Positions 47,012 through 57,512 of a stretch of DNA of 64,000 nucleotides are shown in pieces. This stretch comes from Candidatus Paceibacter sp. (GTDB taxonomy: Bacteria > Patescibacteriota > Patescibacteriia > S139-126). A program made the translations under genes and the position numbers. Under the pieces are notes generated by a model. The model did no database searches. It was not told the origin of the DNA and saw only the letters and a program-made list of their open reading frames with translations. The DNA lies in contig DYGA01000001.1 of assembly GCA_020724865.1 (NCBI GenBank), forward strand, positions 196,624 through 260,623, written 5' to 3'. The stretch's first letter is position 1; every line of letters begins with the position of its first letter.

Positions 47012-50000
47012 ATGTCTGTAAAAACTCCATTATTAAAAGAAAGAAAATATTTTACTAAATATAAACAGGTATTAAAACTCCCTGATTTAATTGAAGTGCA
47101 GAAACAATCATACCGTTGGTTTTTTGATGAAGGTTTAAAAGAGCTTTTTTCTGAAATTAATCCAATTAAAGATTTTATCGGTAGAGATTTGGAACTTTAT
47201 TTTACAGATTATTATTTAGATGATCCTAAGTTTGACGAGCAAACTGCCAAGGAAAAAAATGTAACTTATGAATCTCCTCTTCGAACCCAAGTGCGATTAG
47301 TCAATAAAAGAACTGGTGAAACCAAGGAACAGGAAATATATCTTGGTGATTTCCCTTTGATGACTGATCGTGGAACTTTTATTATTAATGGCATTGAAAG
47401 AGTAGTTGTTTCCCAACTGATTAGAAGTGCTGGTGTTTTTTTTACAACTAATGTGATACGTAGTCGCAAATATTATGGAGCAAAAATTATTCCTAATCGC
47501 GGGGCTTGGTTGGAAATTGAAACAGATATTAACGATGTTTTATATGTTAAGATTGATCGCAAAAGAAAAGTGCCAATCACTGCGCTGCTTCGAGCTTTTG
47601 GTTTTGGTACAGACGAAGAAATTATCAATTTATTTAAAGATGTAGATAATGACCCTCATCATCAGTTTATTAAATCTACTTTAGAGAAAGATATAACCAA
47701 AAATGAAGATGAAGGTTTAATCGAAGTTTATAAACGCATTCGTCCCGGTGATTTGGCGACCGCTGAAAATGCCAAAAGTTTGATTCATGCTATGTTTTTT
47801 AGATTTGATCGTTATGACTTTGGTCGAGTTGGTAGATATAAGTTGAATCAACGTTTCAATATGCAGGTTGATAATACTCCTGAAAATCGTGTTTTAAGAC
47901 GCGAAGATTTGATCATGATTATTAAAGAAATAATTAGATTAAATATTTTACAAGAGCCGGCTGATGATATTGATCATTTGGGTAATCGTCGGGTTAGAGC
48001 TGTTGGTGAATTGATACAAAATAAATTTAGGGTTGGCATGACTCGTATGGAACGTATTGTTAGAGATAGAATGTCAACTTTGGATATCAATACTTTAACA
48101 CCAAATCAGTTAATAAATGCTCGACCTTTAATTGGCGCGATTAAAGAATTTTTCATGTCTTCTCAATTATCTCAGTTTATGGATCAGACAAATCCATTAG
48201 CTGAATTGGAACATAAAAGACGTTTGTCTGCTATGGGTCCAGGTGGACTTTCTCGAGAAAGAGCTGGTTTTGAAGTTAGAGATGTTCATCAAACTCATTA
48301 TGGTAGAATTTGTCCAATTGCTACTCCTGAAGGTCCAAACATTGGTTTAGTTGGTCACTTAGCAAGTTATGCTCGAGTAAATGAATTTGGCTTTATTGAA
48401 ACACCTTATCGTAAGATTATAAAAGAGGTAATTAATGATCCTAAATATACGATTAATGAAATTGTGAGAGAGGATATTGTTGATCCAAAAACCAATAAAG
48501 TTATTTTGAAAAAAGGAGATAAAATTACCAAAGAGTCAGCTCAAATTTTAGCTAAAAGTGGAGTTAAAAAAGTATTGATTAAACCCAGGGTAACTGATGA
48601 AATTGAATATTTTGATGCTTTTTCTGAGGATCGTATAACTACAGTTCCGGCAACTGTTAAAACGGATAGTAATGGATATTTTATTGATCAATGGGTTGAG
48701 GCCAGAGTTGGTCAAAAACCGACTATAGTTGAAGCAGATGCCGTTGATTATATGGATGTATCCCCCAAACAAATTTTATCAGTATCTACTTCTCTTATTC
48801 CTTTTGTTGAGCATGATGATGCGGTTAGAGCATTGATGGGTACAAATATGCAACGGCAAGCCGTTTCAGTTGTCAAACCAGAAGCGCCAATAGTAGGCAC
48901 CGGCGTTGAGCGTCGTGCCGCCAATGATTCAGGTCATACTATTATTTCCGAAGAAGATGGAGAAGTAGTTGAAGTTGATGCTCAGCACATTGTGGTAAAA
49001 AATAAATCGGGTAAAAATAAAGAGTATCGCTTGGGTAAGTTTTTACGCTCCAATGCTTCAACTTGTATGAATCAAATAGTTACCGTTGATTTAGGACAAA
49101 AGGTGAAAGCCGGCGACGTTTTAGCCGATGGACCGGCAACCCAAGGTGGCGAATTAGCATTAGGACAAAATATGCTGGTGGCTTTTATGACTTGGGAAGG
49201 CGGTAACTATGAAGATGCTGTATTAATTTCAGAAAAAGTAGTACGAGATGATCGTTACAGTTCAATTCATATTACTGATTATACAATTGATGTCCGTGAT
49301 ACCAAATTAGGTCCTGAAGTTATTACTCGTGACATACCAAATGTTGGTGATGAAAAATTAAAAGATCTTGATGAGGATGGTATTATCCGTATTGGTGCCG
49401 AGGTGTCCTCGGGTGATATATTAGTTGGAAAAATTACCCCTAAAGGTGAAACAGAACTTTCTGCTGAAGAGAAATTATTGCGAGCAATTTTTGGTGAGAA
49501 AGCCAAAGATGTTAGAGATTCTTCTTTATATTTAGAGCATGGTGAACATGGTAAAGTTGTTGATATTAAAGTATTTTCTCGAGAGAATGGAGATAAATTA
49601 CCTGCTGGTGTTATTAAAACTATTCAGGTTTCAGTCGCTTCGTTACGTAAAGTACAAGTTGGCGATAAAATGGCTGGACGGCATGGAAACAAGGGCGTGA
49701 TTTCTCGCATTGTTCCGGTAGAGGATATGCCATTTTTACCGGATGGTACCCCGATAGATATTATGTTGAATCCTTTAGGTATTGTGTCTCGTATGAATTT
49801 AGGACAATTACTTGAAGTTCATCTTGGTTATGCTGCTTATAAGTTGGGTTATAATGTTGCTTCGCCTTCATTGGACGGTGTAACTATTGAAGAAATTAAA
49901 TCTGAGTTAGCCAAAGCCGGTTTACCTGAAGACGGAAAGATTCAGTTATATGATGGACGTACTGGTCGACCATTTCAGAATAAAACTACTGTGGGCATAA

Positions 50001-50395
50001 TGTATATGTTAAAACTAAACCATTTGGTTGAAGATAAAATTCATCAACGTTCAATTGGCCCTTATTCATTGGTTACCCAGCAACCTTTGGGCGGCAAGGC
50101 TCAATTTGGTGGACAACGTTTTGGTGAAATGGAGGTTTGGGCTTTGGAAGCTTATGGCGCTGCTTACAGTTTACAAGAAATGTTAACTATAAAATCTGAT
50201 GATGTGCCGGGTAGAAGCAAGGCTTATGAGTCAATTATTAAGGGAGAGCCAATTGAAAAATTAAATATACCAGAATCATTTAATGTATTAGTCAGAGAAC
50301 TGAAAGGTTTAGGTTTGGAAGTTGAATTGTTGAAAGATGGCCGAGTAGTTCAAACTAACAGTGAAACCGAAGATAAAAAGGTTAGAAAAAAGTAA
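47012..50395 (+). CDS. rpoB: RNA polymerase beta subunit
   Basis: [30 protein letters not shown]. Confidence 0.98.
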   Translation: MSVKTPLLKERKYFTKYKQVLKLPDLIEVQKQSYRWFFDEGLKELFSEINPIKDFIGRDLELYFTDYYLDDPKFDEQTAKEKNVTYESPLRTQVRLVNKRTGETKEQEIYLGDFPLMTDRGTFIINGIERVVVSQLIRSAGVFFTTNVIRSRKYYGAKIIPNRGAWLEIETDINDVLYVKIDRKRKVPITALLRAFGFGTDEEIINLFKDVDNDPHHQFIKSTLEKDITKNEDEGLIEVYKRIRPGDLATAENAKSLIHAMFFRFDRYDFGRVGRYKLNQRFNMQVDNTPENRVLRREDLIMIIKEIIRLNILQEPADDIDHLGNRRVRAVGELIQNKFRVGMTRMERIVRDRMSTLDINTLTPNQLINARPLIGAIKEFFMSSQLSQFMDQTNPLAELEHKRRLSAMGPGGLSRERAGFEVRDVHQTHYGRICPIATPEGPNIGLVGHLASYARVNEFGFIETPYRKIIKEVINDPKYTINEIVREDIVDPKTNKVILKKGDKITKESAQILAKSGVKKVLIKPRVTDEIEYFDAFSEDRITTVPATVKTDSNGYFIDQWVEARVGQKPTIVEADAVDYMDVSPKQILSVSTSLIPFVEHDDAVRALMGTNMQRQAVSVVKPEAPIVGTGVERRAANDSGHTIISEEDGEVVEVDAQHIVVKNKSGKNKEYRLGKFLRSNASTCMNQIVTVDLGQKVKAGDVLADGPATQGGELALGQNMLVAFMTWEGGNYEDAVLISEKVVRDDRYSSIHITDYTIDVRDTKLGPEVITRDIPNVGDEKLKDLDEDGIIRIGAEVSSGDILVGKITPKGETELSAEEKLLRAIFGEKAKDVRDSSLYLEHGEHGKVVDIKVFSRENGDKLPAGVIKTIQVSVASLRKVQVGDKMAGRHGNKGVISRIVPVEDMPFLPDGTPIDIMLNPLGIVSRMNLGQLLEVHLGYAAYKLGYNVASPSLDGVTIEEIKSELAKAGLPEDGKIQLYDGRTGRPFQNKTTVGIMYMLKLNHLVEDKIHQRSIGPYSLVTQQPLGGKAQFGGQRFGEMEVWALEAYGAAYSLQEMLTIKSDDVPGRSKAYESIIKGEPIEKLNIPESFNVLVRELKGLGLEVELLKDGRVVQTNSETEDKKVRKK

Positions 50396-50413
50396 AGTTA
50401 CTAAAAAATATTT

Positions 50414-53400
50414 ATGTCACATCCCTCAACAACTAAAACAATTTCAACTCTTTTTCATGAAGGTGGCAAGGAATTGGAATTCAATGCTATAAGGCTGAAG
50501 CTAGCTTCGCCCGATGATATACATCGTTGGTCAAAAGGAGAAGTTACTAAACCGGAGACAATTAATTATCGTACACAAAAGCCAGAAAAAGATGGTTTAT
50601 TTTGTGAAAGAATTTTTGGTCCCACTAAAGATTGGGAATGTTATTGTGGTAAATACAAAAAAATTAGATATAAAGGAATAGTTTGTGATAAGTGTGGCGT
50701 GGAAGTTACTAGAAGTTTTGTTCGTCGAGAAAGAATGGGGCATATTGATTTAGCAGCGCCAGTAGCGCATATCTGGTTTTTACGGGGCATTCCTTCCCGA
50801 ATTGGTTTGATGCTTGATATGTCAGCTCAAGAGTTGGAAAAAGTAGTTTACTTTGCCAATTTTATTATTACTGATGTTGATGAATCTCAAAAATCCCAGT
50901 TATTGGAACAAATTGGTAATGAATTAAAAGGTAAACAAAAGAGTATTGAAGCTGAAACTAGGCAGGCTCTTGAAAATTTAAATAAGGAAAAAGCCAAAGC
51001 TTTTGCGGATATAAATAAAGAAACTATTAAATATAAAAAATTAGTAGAAGATTTTTCCAACAGAGAAGCTTTGATTTTGGAAAATAAAAATAAAAAATTA
51101 AAAGAGTTGGAAAAAGCTGTTAAAATTGCCCGTCGGGAATTAGAAGAACTAACAGTGAAAAAGGTGATATCCGAGCATACTTATCAAGATTTGTCTTTAA
51201 AGTACGGTCATATTTTTGAAGCTTATATTGGTGCTGAAGCGATACGTAAAATTTTAAGCACCATTGATTTGTCCGCAATGGCTAAACAGTTGGAAACTGA
51301 AGTTATTGAAGCTCATGGGGCAAAAAGAAAAAAAATTTATCGCCGCTTACAATTGGTTAAAAGTTTAATCCGTAATAATATTCGTCCGGAAGATATGATA
51401 TTGACCGTTATTCCGGTAATTCCTCCTGATCTTAGGCCAATGGTACCTTTGGACGGCGGACGTTTTGCTACTTCTGATTTAAATGATTTATATCGTCGGG
51501 TAATTAATCGTAACAACCGGTTAAAAAGATTGATTGATTTGAATGCTCCAGAAGTAATTCAAAGAAATGAAAAAAGAATGTTACAGGAAGCTGTTGATGC
51601 TTTGATTGATAATTCCGCTAGACACGGTAAAACTGTCACCGCTTCTACTGGGCAAAAACGTCAGTTAAAATCCATCGCTGATATGTTAAAGGGTAAGCAA
51701 GGACGTTTCCGTCAAAATTTACTTGGTAAAAGAGTTGATTATTCCGGTCGTAGCGTAATTGTGGCTGGCCCTCATTTAAAGATGCATCAATGCGGTATTC
51801 CTAAAATGATGGCTTTGGAATTATTTAAACCTTTTGTCATATCTAAATTAATTCAAGCTGAATATGTCCATAATGTACGGAGTGCCAATAGATATATTGA
51901 AGCTGGGCATCCCGAAGTTTGGGATATATTAGAAAATATTACTAACAACAGTCACGTAATGTTGAATCGTGCGCCTACTTTACATCGGTTAGGTATTCAA
52001 GCTTTCCAACCAGTTTTAATTGAAGGTAAAGCCATACAACTTCATCCTTTAGTTTGCACAGCGTTCAATGCTGACTTTGACGGCGATCAAATGGCTGTGC
52101 ATGTGCCTTTGACGGAAGAGGCAAAACAAGAAGCCGCTGAAATTATGTTGTCAGCGAAGAATTTATTAAAACCAGCGACCGGTGACCCAGTAGTTACCCC
52201 TAATCAAGATATTGTTTGGGGTGCATATTATATGACTTATATAAACCCTTATGAGGATGAGAAAAAAATAAAATATTATGCCTCTTTTACTGAAGCGAAA
52301 ATGGCTTATGATTCTGATAAAATAAATTTACGCGATGCTATAAAAGTTAAGATTGATAATAAATTTGTTATCACTTCGGTTGGCAGAATTTTGTTTAATG
52401 AAGTAATGCCCGAAGGATTTACTTTTATTAATCAGTTGGTTGATAAAAAAGTTATTCGAGGTATTGTTAGTGATATTATTGATAATTATGGTTTTACAGT
52501 AGCGGCTAAGACTTTTGATGATATTAAAGATTTAGCATTCAATTATATTACTCAATCCGGTTGGTCTTGGGGAATGGATGATTTACAAGTATCTGAAGAA
52601 AAAAATAAAATAATAACTGAAGCTGAAGAAAAAGTTAAACAAATTTTTTCTCAATATGAGCAAGGTTTATTGACTAATGAGGAACGTAGACAAAAAGTTA
52701 TTGATGTTTGGACAGATGTAAAAAATAAAGTTACTGCTGAAGGGAAAAAGGTGATTGATAAAAATGGCCCAGTAAGTTCTATGATTGAATCAGGCGCTCG
52801 AGGTTCCTGGGGGCAGTTAACGCAAATTATTGGTATGAAAGGTTTAGTTATCAATCCGGCCGGTGATATTATTGAATTGCCAGTTAAATCAAACTTCAAA
52901 GAAGGTTTTGATGTTTTGGAATATTTTATTTCTACGCATGGCGCTCGCAAAGGATTATCTGATACTGCTTTAAGAACAGCTAATGCTGGTTATTTAACTA
53001 GAAGATTGATTGATGTTGCTCAAGATATTGTTGTTCAAGAAGAAGATTGTGGTGATGAAGAAGGGACTTTGCTTACCAAGGCTGATTCGGAAAATATGGG
53101 TGAAAATATTGCCAATCGTTTATTTGGCAGAGTCGTTTTAGAAAATATTAAAGATAAAGACGGTAAGATAATAGTTAAAAAAGGAGAAGCGGTTGGTAAA
53201 GCTCAGGTGAAAAAAATTCTCGATTTAAATCTTGAACAAATTAAAATCAGATCAGTTTATAGTTGTCGTTCTTTACATGGTATTTGTGCTAAATGTTATG
53301 GGTTTGACTTGGCTTATAATGAACCAGTTAAAATCGGAACTGCCGTAGGTATTATGGCTGCTCAATCAATTGGTGAGCCTGGTACGCAGCTTACTATGCG

Positions 53401-54328
53401 CACTTTTCATACCGGTGGTGTAGCTGGCGAATCTGATGTAACTCAAGGATTGCCCAGAGTCGAAGAAATTTTTGAAGCCAGAAGCCCTAAAAAGAAAGCT
53501 TTCATGTGCGATGTTAGGGGTAAGGTTTCGATAGAAAGGCAACCCAAACAAAAAATAGTTAGAGTTTCTTTTGATGAGCCGCAAGTTATTACCTATAAAC
53601 TGGATGATTTTCAGAATATTAAATTGCGAGTAAAAGATAAAGATGAGGTAGCAGCTGGTGATACTATTTTAGTGAGTAGTGACCGTAAAATAAAAGCAGA
53701 TTTTTCCGGTCATGTTAAAGTTACCAAAGATGAAGTTATTTTAGTTGGTGATAAGGGCAGTGTTAAAGAATGGATTATACCAAACGCTTATAATTTGGTA
53801 ATTGAAGATGGTCAGTTGATAAATGTTGGCGATCCTATCACTGAAGGATCACTTGATTTACATGATTTGTATCGTTTAAAAGGAAAAGAAGCTGTGCAAA
53901 AATATATTTTAAAAGAAATACAATTTATTTATACTTCTCAAGGGCAGAATTTGAATGATAAACATATTGAAATAATTATTCGTCAGATGTTTTCTCGAAT
54001 TATGGTTAAAGATCCCGGTGATACCAATTTATTAACAGGTGAAATAGTTGAAAGTTGGGTGTTTAGACAAGCCAATGAAAGTTTGAAAAAAGGAAAAACT
54101 CCAGCTAAAGGTGAAGAACTATTGCTTGGTATTACAAAATCCTCATTGACGGTTGAATCTTGGTTATCAGCTGCTTCTTTTCAAGAAACTGCCAGAGTAT
54201 TGATTAATGCAGCTGTTACTGGACAAGTTGATTATTTGCGAGGACTTAAAGAAAATGTGATTATTGGTCGCTTGATTCCAGCTGGGACTGGTTTTGGTAA
54301 ATATCAAAAACCCAAGCGTATAGAGTAA
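50414..54328 (+). CDS. rpoC: RNA polymerase beta' subunit
   Basis: NADFDGDQM, zinc finger CYC..CDKC, GEPGTQLTMRTFH. Confidence 0.98.
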   Translation: MSHPSTTKTISTLFHEGGKELEFNAIRLKLASPDDIHRWSKGEVTKPETINYRTQKPEKDGLFCERIFGPTKDWECYCGKYKKIRYKGIVCDKCGVEVTRSFVRRERMGHIDLAAPVAHIWFLRGIPSRIGLMLDMSAQELEKVVYFANFIITDVDESQKSQLLEQIGNELKGKQKSIEAETRQALENLNKEKAKAFADINKETIKYKKLVEDFSNREALILENKNKKLKELEKAVKIARRELEELTVKKVISEHTYQDLSLKYGHIFEAYIGAEAIRKILSTIDLSAMAKQLETEVIEAHGAKRKKIYRRLQLVKSLIRNNIRPEDMILTVIPVIPPDLRPMVPLDGGRFATSDLNDLYRRVINRNNRLKRLIDLNAPEVIQRNEKRMLQEAVDALIDNSARHGKTVTASTGQKRQLKSIADMLKGKQGRFRQNLLGKRVDYSGRSVIVAGPHLKMHQCGIPKMMALELFKPFVISKLIQAEYVHNVRSANRYIEAGHPEVWDILENITNNSHVMLNRAPTLHRLGIQAFQPVLIEGKAIQLHPLVCTAFNADFDGDQMAVHVPLTEEAKQEAAEIMLSAKNLLKPATGDPVVTPNQDIVWGAYYMTYINPYEDEKKIKYYASFTEAKMAYDSDKINLRDAIKVKIDNKFVITSVGRILFNEVMPEGFTFINQLVDKKVIRGIVSDIIDNYGFTVAAKTFDDIKDLAFNYITQSGWSWGMDDLQVSEEKNKIITEAEEKVKQIFSQYEQGLLTNEERRQKVIDVWTDVKNKVTAEGKKVIDKNGPVSSMIESGARGSWGQLTQIIGMKGLVINPAGDIIELPVKSNFKEGFDVLEYFISTHGARKGLSDTALRTANAGYLTRRLIDVAQDIVVQEEDCGDEEGTLLTKADSENMGENIANRLFGRVVLENIKDKDGKIIVKKGEAVGKAQVKKILDLNLEQIKIRSVYSCRSLHGICAKCYGFDLAYNEPVKIGTAVGIMAAQSIGEPGTQLTMRTFHTGGVAGESDVTQGLPRVEEIFEARSPKKKAFMCDVRGKVSIERQPKQKIVRVSFDEPQVITYKLDDFQNIKLRVKDKDEVAAGDTILVSSDRKIKADFSGHVKVTKDEVILVGDKGSVKEWIIPNAYNLVIEDGQLINVGDPITEGSLDLHDLYRLKGKEAVQKYILKEIQFIYTSQGQNLNDKHIEIIIRQMFSRIMVKDPGDTNLLTGEIVESWVFRQANESLKKGKTPAKGEELLLGITKSSLTVESWLSAASFQETARVLINAAVTGQVDYLRGLKENVIIGRLIPAGTGFGKYQKPKRIE

Positions 54329-54354
54329 TTTTGATTTTGATCTTTTTAGATATA

Positions 54355-54390
54355 AAAAATAATCCCGCCCAAAATGGCGGGATTATTTTT
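54355..54390. terminator. Bidirectional intrinsic terminator
   Basis: AAAAATAATCCCGCC...GGCGGGATTATTTTT. Confidence 0.85.
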
Positions 54391-54403
54391 ATATAAATAA
54401 ATT

Positions 54404-55384
54404 TTATATGAAACCAACCAATTTTTTAATTTCTATTAAATTTTTACTAGCAATTTCTCTAGCTTTTTCGGCACCGATTTTTAAAATTGTTTTAACGGCT
54501 TGGTCAGAAATATTGTTATAATTATTTTGTATTGGTTTGAGAGTTTGGTTGATGGCATCACTTACAGCTGTTTTTAAATCAGAATATTTTAATTTTCCTT
54601 GTTTATATTCTTTTTGTAAATTTTGGTAGGTTTCTTTTTGTTCCAAGTAATCCAATAGATCAAAAAGATTTTTTACGCCGGGTGACATCTTATTTTCTTG
54701 CGGGCCCATATCGGTTACTGCCCGCGCAACCTTTTTTATCACTATATTAGGTTCGTCTAGTAGGGAAATATAATTTGCCTCCCCTAGCTCTTTACTCATC
54801 TTTTTATCTGGGTTTTGTAAGGACATTATTTTTTTAGCGGGAGTAATTAGAGCTTGTGGCTCAATAAAAAATTGCCCGTAGCGTTGATTAAATTTTCTAG
54901 CAATCAACCTTGTAAGTTCTAAATGTTGTAATTGATCTTCTCCAACTGGGACTGCTTGCGCTTGATACAGTAATATATCGGCCGCCATTAGAGCTGGGTA
55001 ATCAAACAAACCCATATTTACATTTTGTTTGTGTGTTTTAGCTTTATCTTTATATTGAGTCATGCGTTCCATTTCTGCCACTGGTACAAGACAATTAAAA
55101 ATCCATGCCAGCTCGGTGTGTTCTGGCACCTGCGATTGAACAAATAGCGTTGCTATATCTGGATTTATTCCTAAGGCCAATAATATTTTAGCTGTAATAA
55201 TAGTATTTTGTTTTAAGATTTTTGGCTCAATAGCAATGGTAATAGCATGGTAGTCAACTACCGAATAAATTCCTTGATAGCTGGTTTGTAGTTCTACCCA
55301 ATTTTTTAATGCCCCCAAGTAATTACCCAGATGAGGAATGCCGGTTGGTTTAATGCCGGAAAAGAGTGTTTTTGTTTGTTTCAT
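54404..55384 (-). CDS. trpS: Tryptophan--tRNA ligase
   Basis: SGIKPTG..HLGNY, YP.LMAADIL, VPVGEDQ, KMSK. Confidence 0.96.
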   Translation of the reverse strand: MKQTKTLFSGIKPTGIPHLGNYLGALKNWVELQTSYQGIYSVVDYHAITIAIEPKILKQNTIITAKILLALGINPDIATLFVQSQVPEHTELAWIFNCLVPVAEMERMTQYKDKAKTHKQNVNMGLFDYPALMAADILLYQAQAVPVGEDQLQHLELTRLIARKFNQRYGQFFIEPQALITPAKKIMSLQNPDKKMSKELGEANYISLLDEPNIVIKKVARAVTDMGPQENKMSPGVKNLFDLLDYLEQKETYQNLQKEYKQGKLKYSDLKTAVSDAINQTLKPIQNNYNNISDQAVKTILKIGAEKAREIASKNLIEIKKLVGFI

Positions 55385-55422
55385 AAAGACAACTTAACAT
55401 TTTTTATAATTTTTTTCAAACA

Positions 55423-55453
55423 AAAAATAACTCGATATAGTCGAGTTATTTTT
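55423..55453 (-). terminator. Intrinsic terminator of rnj
   Basis: AAAAATAACTCGA-TATAG-TCGAGTTATTTTT. Confidence 0.75.
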
Positions 55454-55457
55454 CTAT

Positions 55458-57314
55458 TTAAACCTCAATGATGACTGGCAAAATTAGAGGTCTTCTTTCA
55501 GTTTTTTGGAATAAGAATTTACCCAAATCATTTCTTAGTTTTTCTTTGAGGAAGCTTTGATTGGCACTGGTTCGGGGGTCTTTGTCTTTTAAAATTTCTT
55601 TGGCTTTTTTGCGGGTGTCTTCAACCAATTTTTTATTTTCTTTCATATAGATAAAACCTCTAGAAATAATGTCGGGATTGCCAATTAGTCCACCAGTTTT
55701 ACTATCAACCGTAGCAATTATTACCAGCATACCTTCGCCGGCCATTACTTGACGGTCTCTAAGAACTACATTGGAAATATCGCCAACTCCTAGTCCGTCT
55801 ACAAATACATAATCTGTATTGATAGTGCCATGAATAATATTTGGTTTATTATTGTAAAGTTCAAAAATTGAACCATTATCAAGGACAAAAACTTTATTTT
55901 GAGCAAAACCTTCTTGATATGCCAATTTAGCCGCTTCTTTTAAAAAGTAATGATTAGCATAAACTGGTAAAAAGTAATCAGGTTTTATTTCCCGGAGCAT
56001 TTCTTTGATATCTGGTATGGAACTATGTCCAGAGGAGTGAACATCCATAATATCAGAGTGGATTACATTGTCACTTAAACGATATAGGTTGTCTTTTAAT
56101 CTTTGGATTGATCTTTCGTTGCCAGGAATAACTGATGAAGAGAAAACTATGGTATCTGTTTTTTGGATTTTAATATATTTATGTGAGCCTTGGATAATAC
56201 GATGTAAAACAGCTTGGCTTTCGCCTTGAGCCCCAGTACAAATAACAACAATTTTTTTATCCGGATAATCAGCTATACGATCTATTGTTATCAGTGTATC
56301 TTTTTTGATTTTTATATAACCCAATTCTTTGGCAACTTCAACATTTAAACGCATACTATAACCATCCAGAGCAACTTTTTTCCCAATTTTTTCTGCATAT
56401 TCCAAAATTTCTTTAATGCGTTGAATTTGTGAGGAAAAAGTAGCAATAATTGTTCTACCCTTAGCTTCGGAAATTATTTTTTGTAGGTTTTCATGCATTA
56501 ATTTTTCTGAAATTCTTTGTTTTTGCGTAGTGGAACCTAAGCTTTCTAACATCAGAATTGATGGCCTTTTTACTTTAGCCAGATGATGATAGGTAATTGG
56601 TTGACCGCGCATCGGATCTTTTTCCAAAGCCCAATCGCCAGGATGAATCACAGTGCCTTGAGGCGTTTCTAAAGTTATTCCCATAGCGTCCATAATAGAA
56701 TGTTCCACTTGAAAAAAACCGACACGAAAACCGCCTAAAGTAATTTTTTGTTCAAGATTTTTTATGGCTAATGTTTTTAGTTTTTGAGAGGAACCTTTTT
56801 TATAATCTTCTTGTCTATGTTTAACTAGAGCCAAGGTCAAATCCCGACCAATAATTAAAGGATTACCCAGTTTTTCTAATAAAATTGGGGCTGCACCAAT
56901 ATGATCTAAATGTCCATGACTAAATATTACTGCTCGAATATTTTTTTCTTTGCCTTTTAAATAAGAAATGTTGGGAATAATATAATCAATCCCTGGCATG
57001 TCTTCTTCTGGAAATTGTAATCCCATATCCAAAATAACAATATCTTGACCATATTCAAATACAGTCATATTTCGGCCCACTTCTTCTTGACCGCCCAAAG
57101 GTATAATACGTAATTTTTTTTCTGATTTAACAAGCTTAGTATCAAGAATTTTAGTTGGTTTTTTGCTGGCGGCAGCAGTCAATGGTTTGTCATAATGTTT
57201 ATGACGGTTAAATGATTTTCGCTTGGTTCGATTTTGGTTGTTTTGTTTTTTTTGTTTTTTAGCCGAACTGGCAAGTAAATTGCTAGTGGTATCAGCTAGT
57301 GCATTCGCATTCAT
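55458..57314 (-). CDS. rnj: Ribonuclease J
   Basis: PLGGQEEVGRN, HGHLDHIG, HSSGH, RRPLILP. Confidence 0.95.
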   Translation of the reverse strand: MNANALADTTSNLLASSAKKQKKQNNQNRTKRKSFNRHKHYDKPLTAAASKKPTKILDTKLVKSEKKLRIIPLGGQEEVGRNMTVFEYGQDIVILDMGLQFPEEDMPGIDYIIPNISYLKGKEKNIRAVIFSHGHLDHIGAAPILLEKLGNPLIIGRDLTLALVKHRQEDYKKGSSQKLKTLAIKNLEQKITLGGFRVGFFQVEHSIMDAMGITLETPQGTVIHPGDWALEKDPMRGQPITYHHLAKVKRPSILMLESLGSTTQKQRISEKLMHENLQKIISEAKGRTIIATFSSQIQRIKEILEYAEKIGKKVALDGYSMRLNVEVAKELGYIKIKKDTLITIDRIADYPDKKIVVICTGAQGESQAVLHRIIQGSHKYIKIQKTDTIVFSSSVIPGNERSIQRLKDNLYRLSDNVIHSDIMDVHSSGHSSIPDIKEMLREIKPDYFLPVYANHYFLKEAAKLAYQEGFAQNKVFVLDNGSIFELYNNKPNIIHGTINTDYVFVDGLGVGDISNVVLRDRQVMAGEGMLVIIATVDSKTGGLIGNPDIISRGFIYMKENKKLVEDTRKKAKEILKDKDPRTSANQSFLKEKLRNDLGKFLFQKTERRPLILPVIIEV

Positions 57315-57402
57315 AAATTTTTTAATTTAAATTAATTATTATTAGTTAATTTTATTTATTTTTAAATAATTTAGTTTATTTAATATATTTAAAAATGATT
57401 AT

Positions 57403-57489
57403 TGGTGGGCACGAGAGGAGTCGAACCTCCAAGGGATTTCTCCCACTAGCTCCTGAAGCTAGCGTGTCTGCCAATTCCACCACGTGCCC
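57403..57489 (-). tRNA. tRNA-Leu(CAG)
   Basis: CTAGC-TTCAGGA-GCTAG; long variable arm; CCA. Confidence 0.95.
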
Positions 57490-57512
57490 CTTAAATAAAT
57501 TAAATAAGTATT

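Noticed and set aside
48150-48245. Rifampicin-resistance substitutions in RpoB
   Set aside because: Residues equivalent to E. coli Q513, D516, H526 and S531 are all wild type
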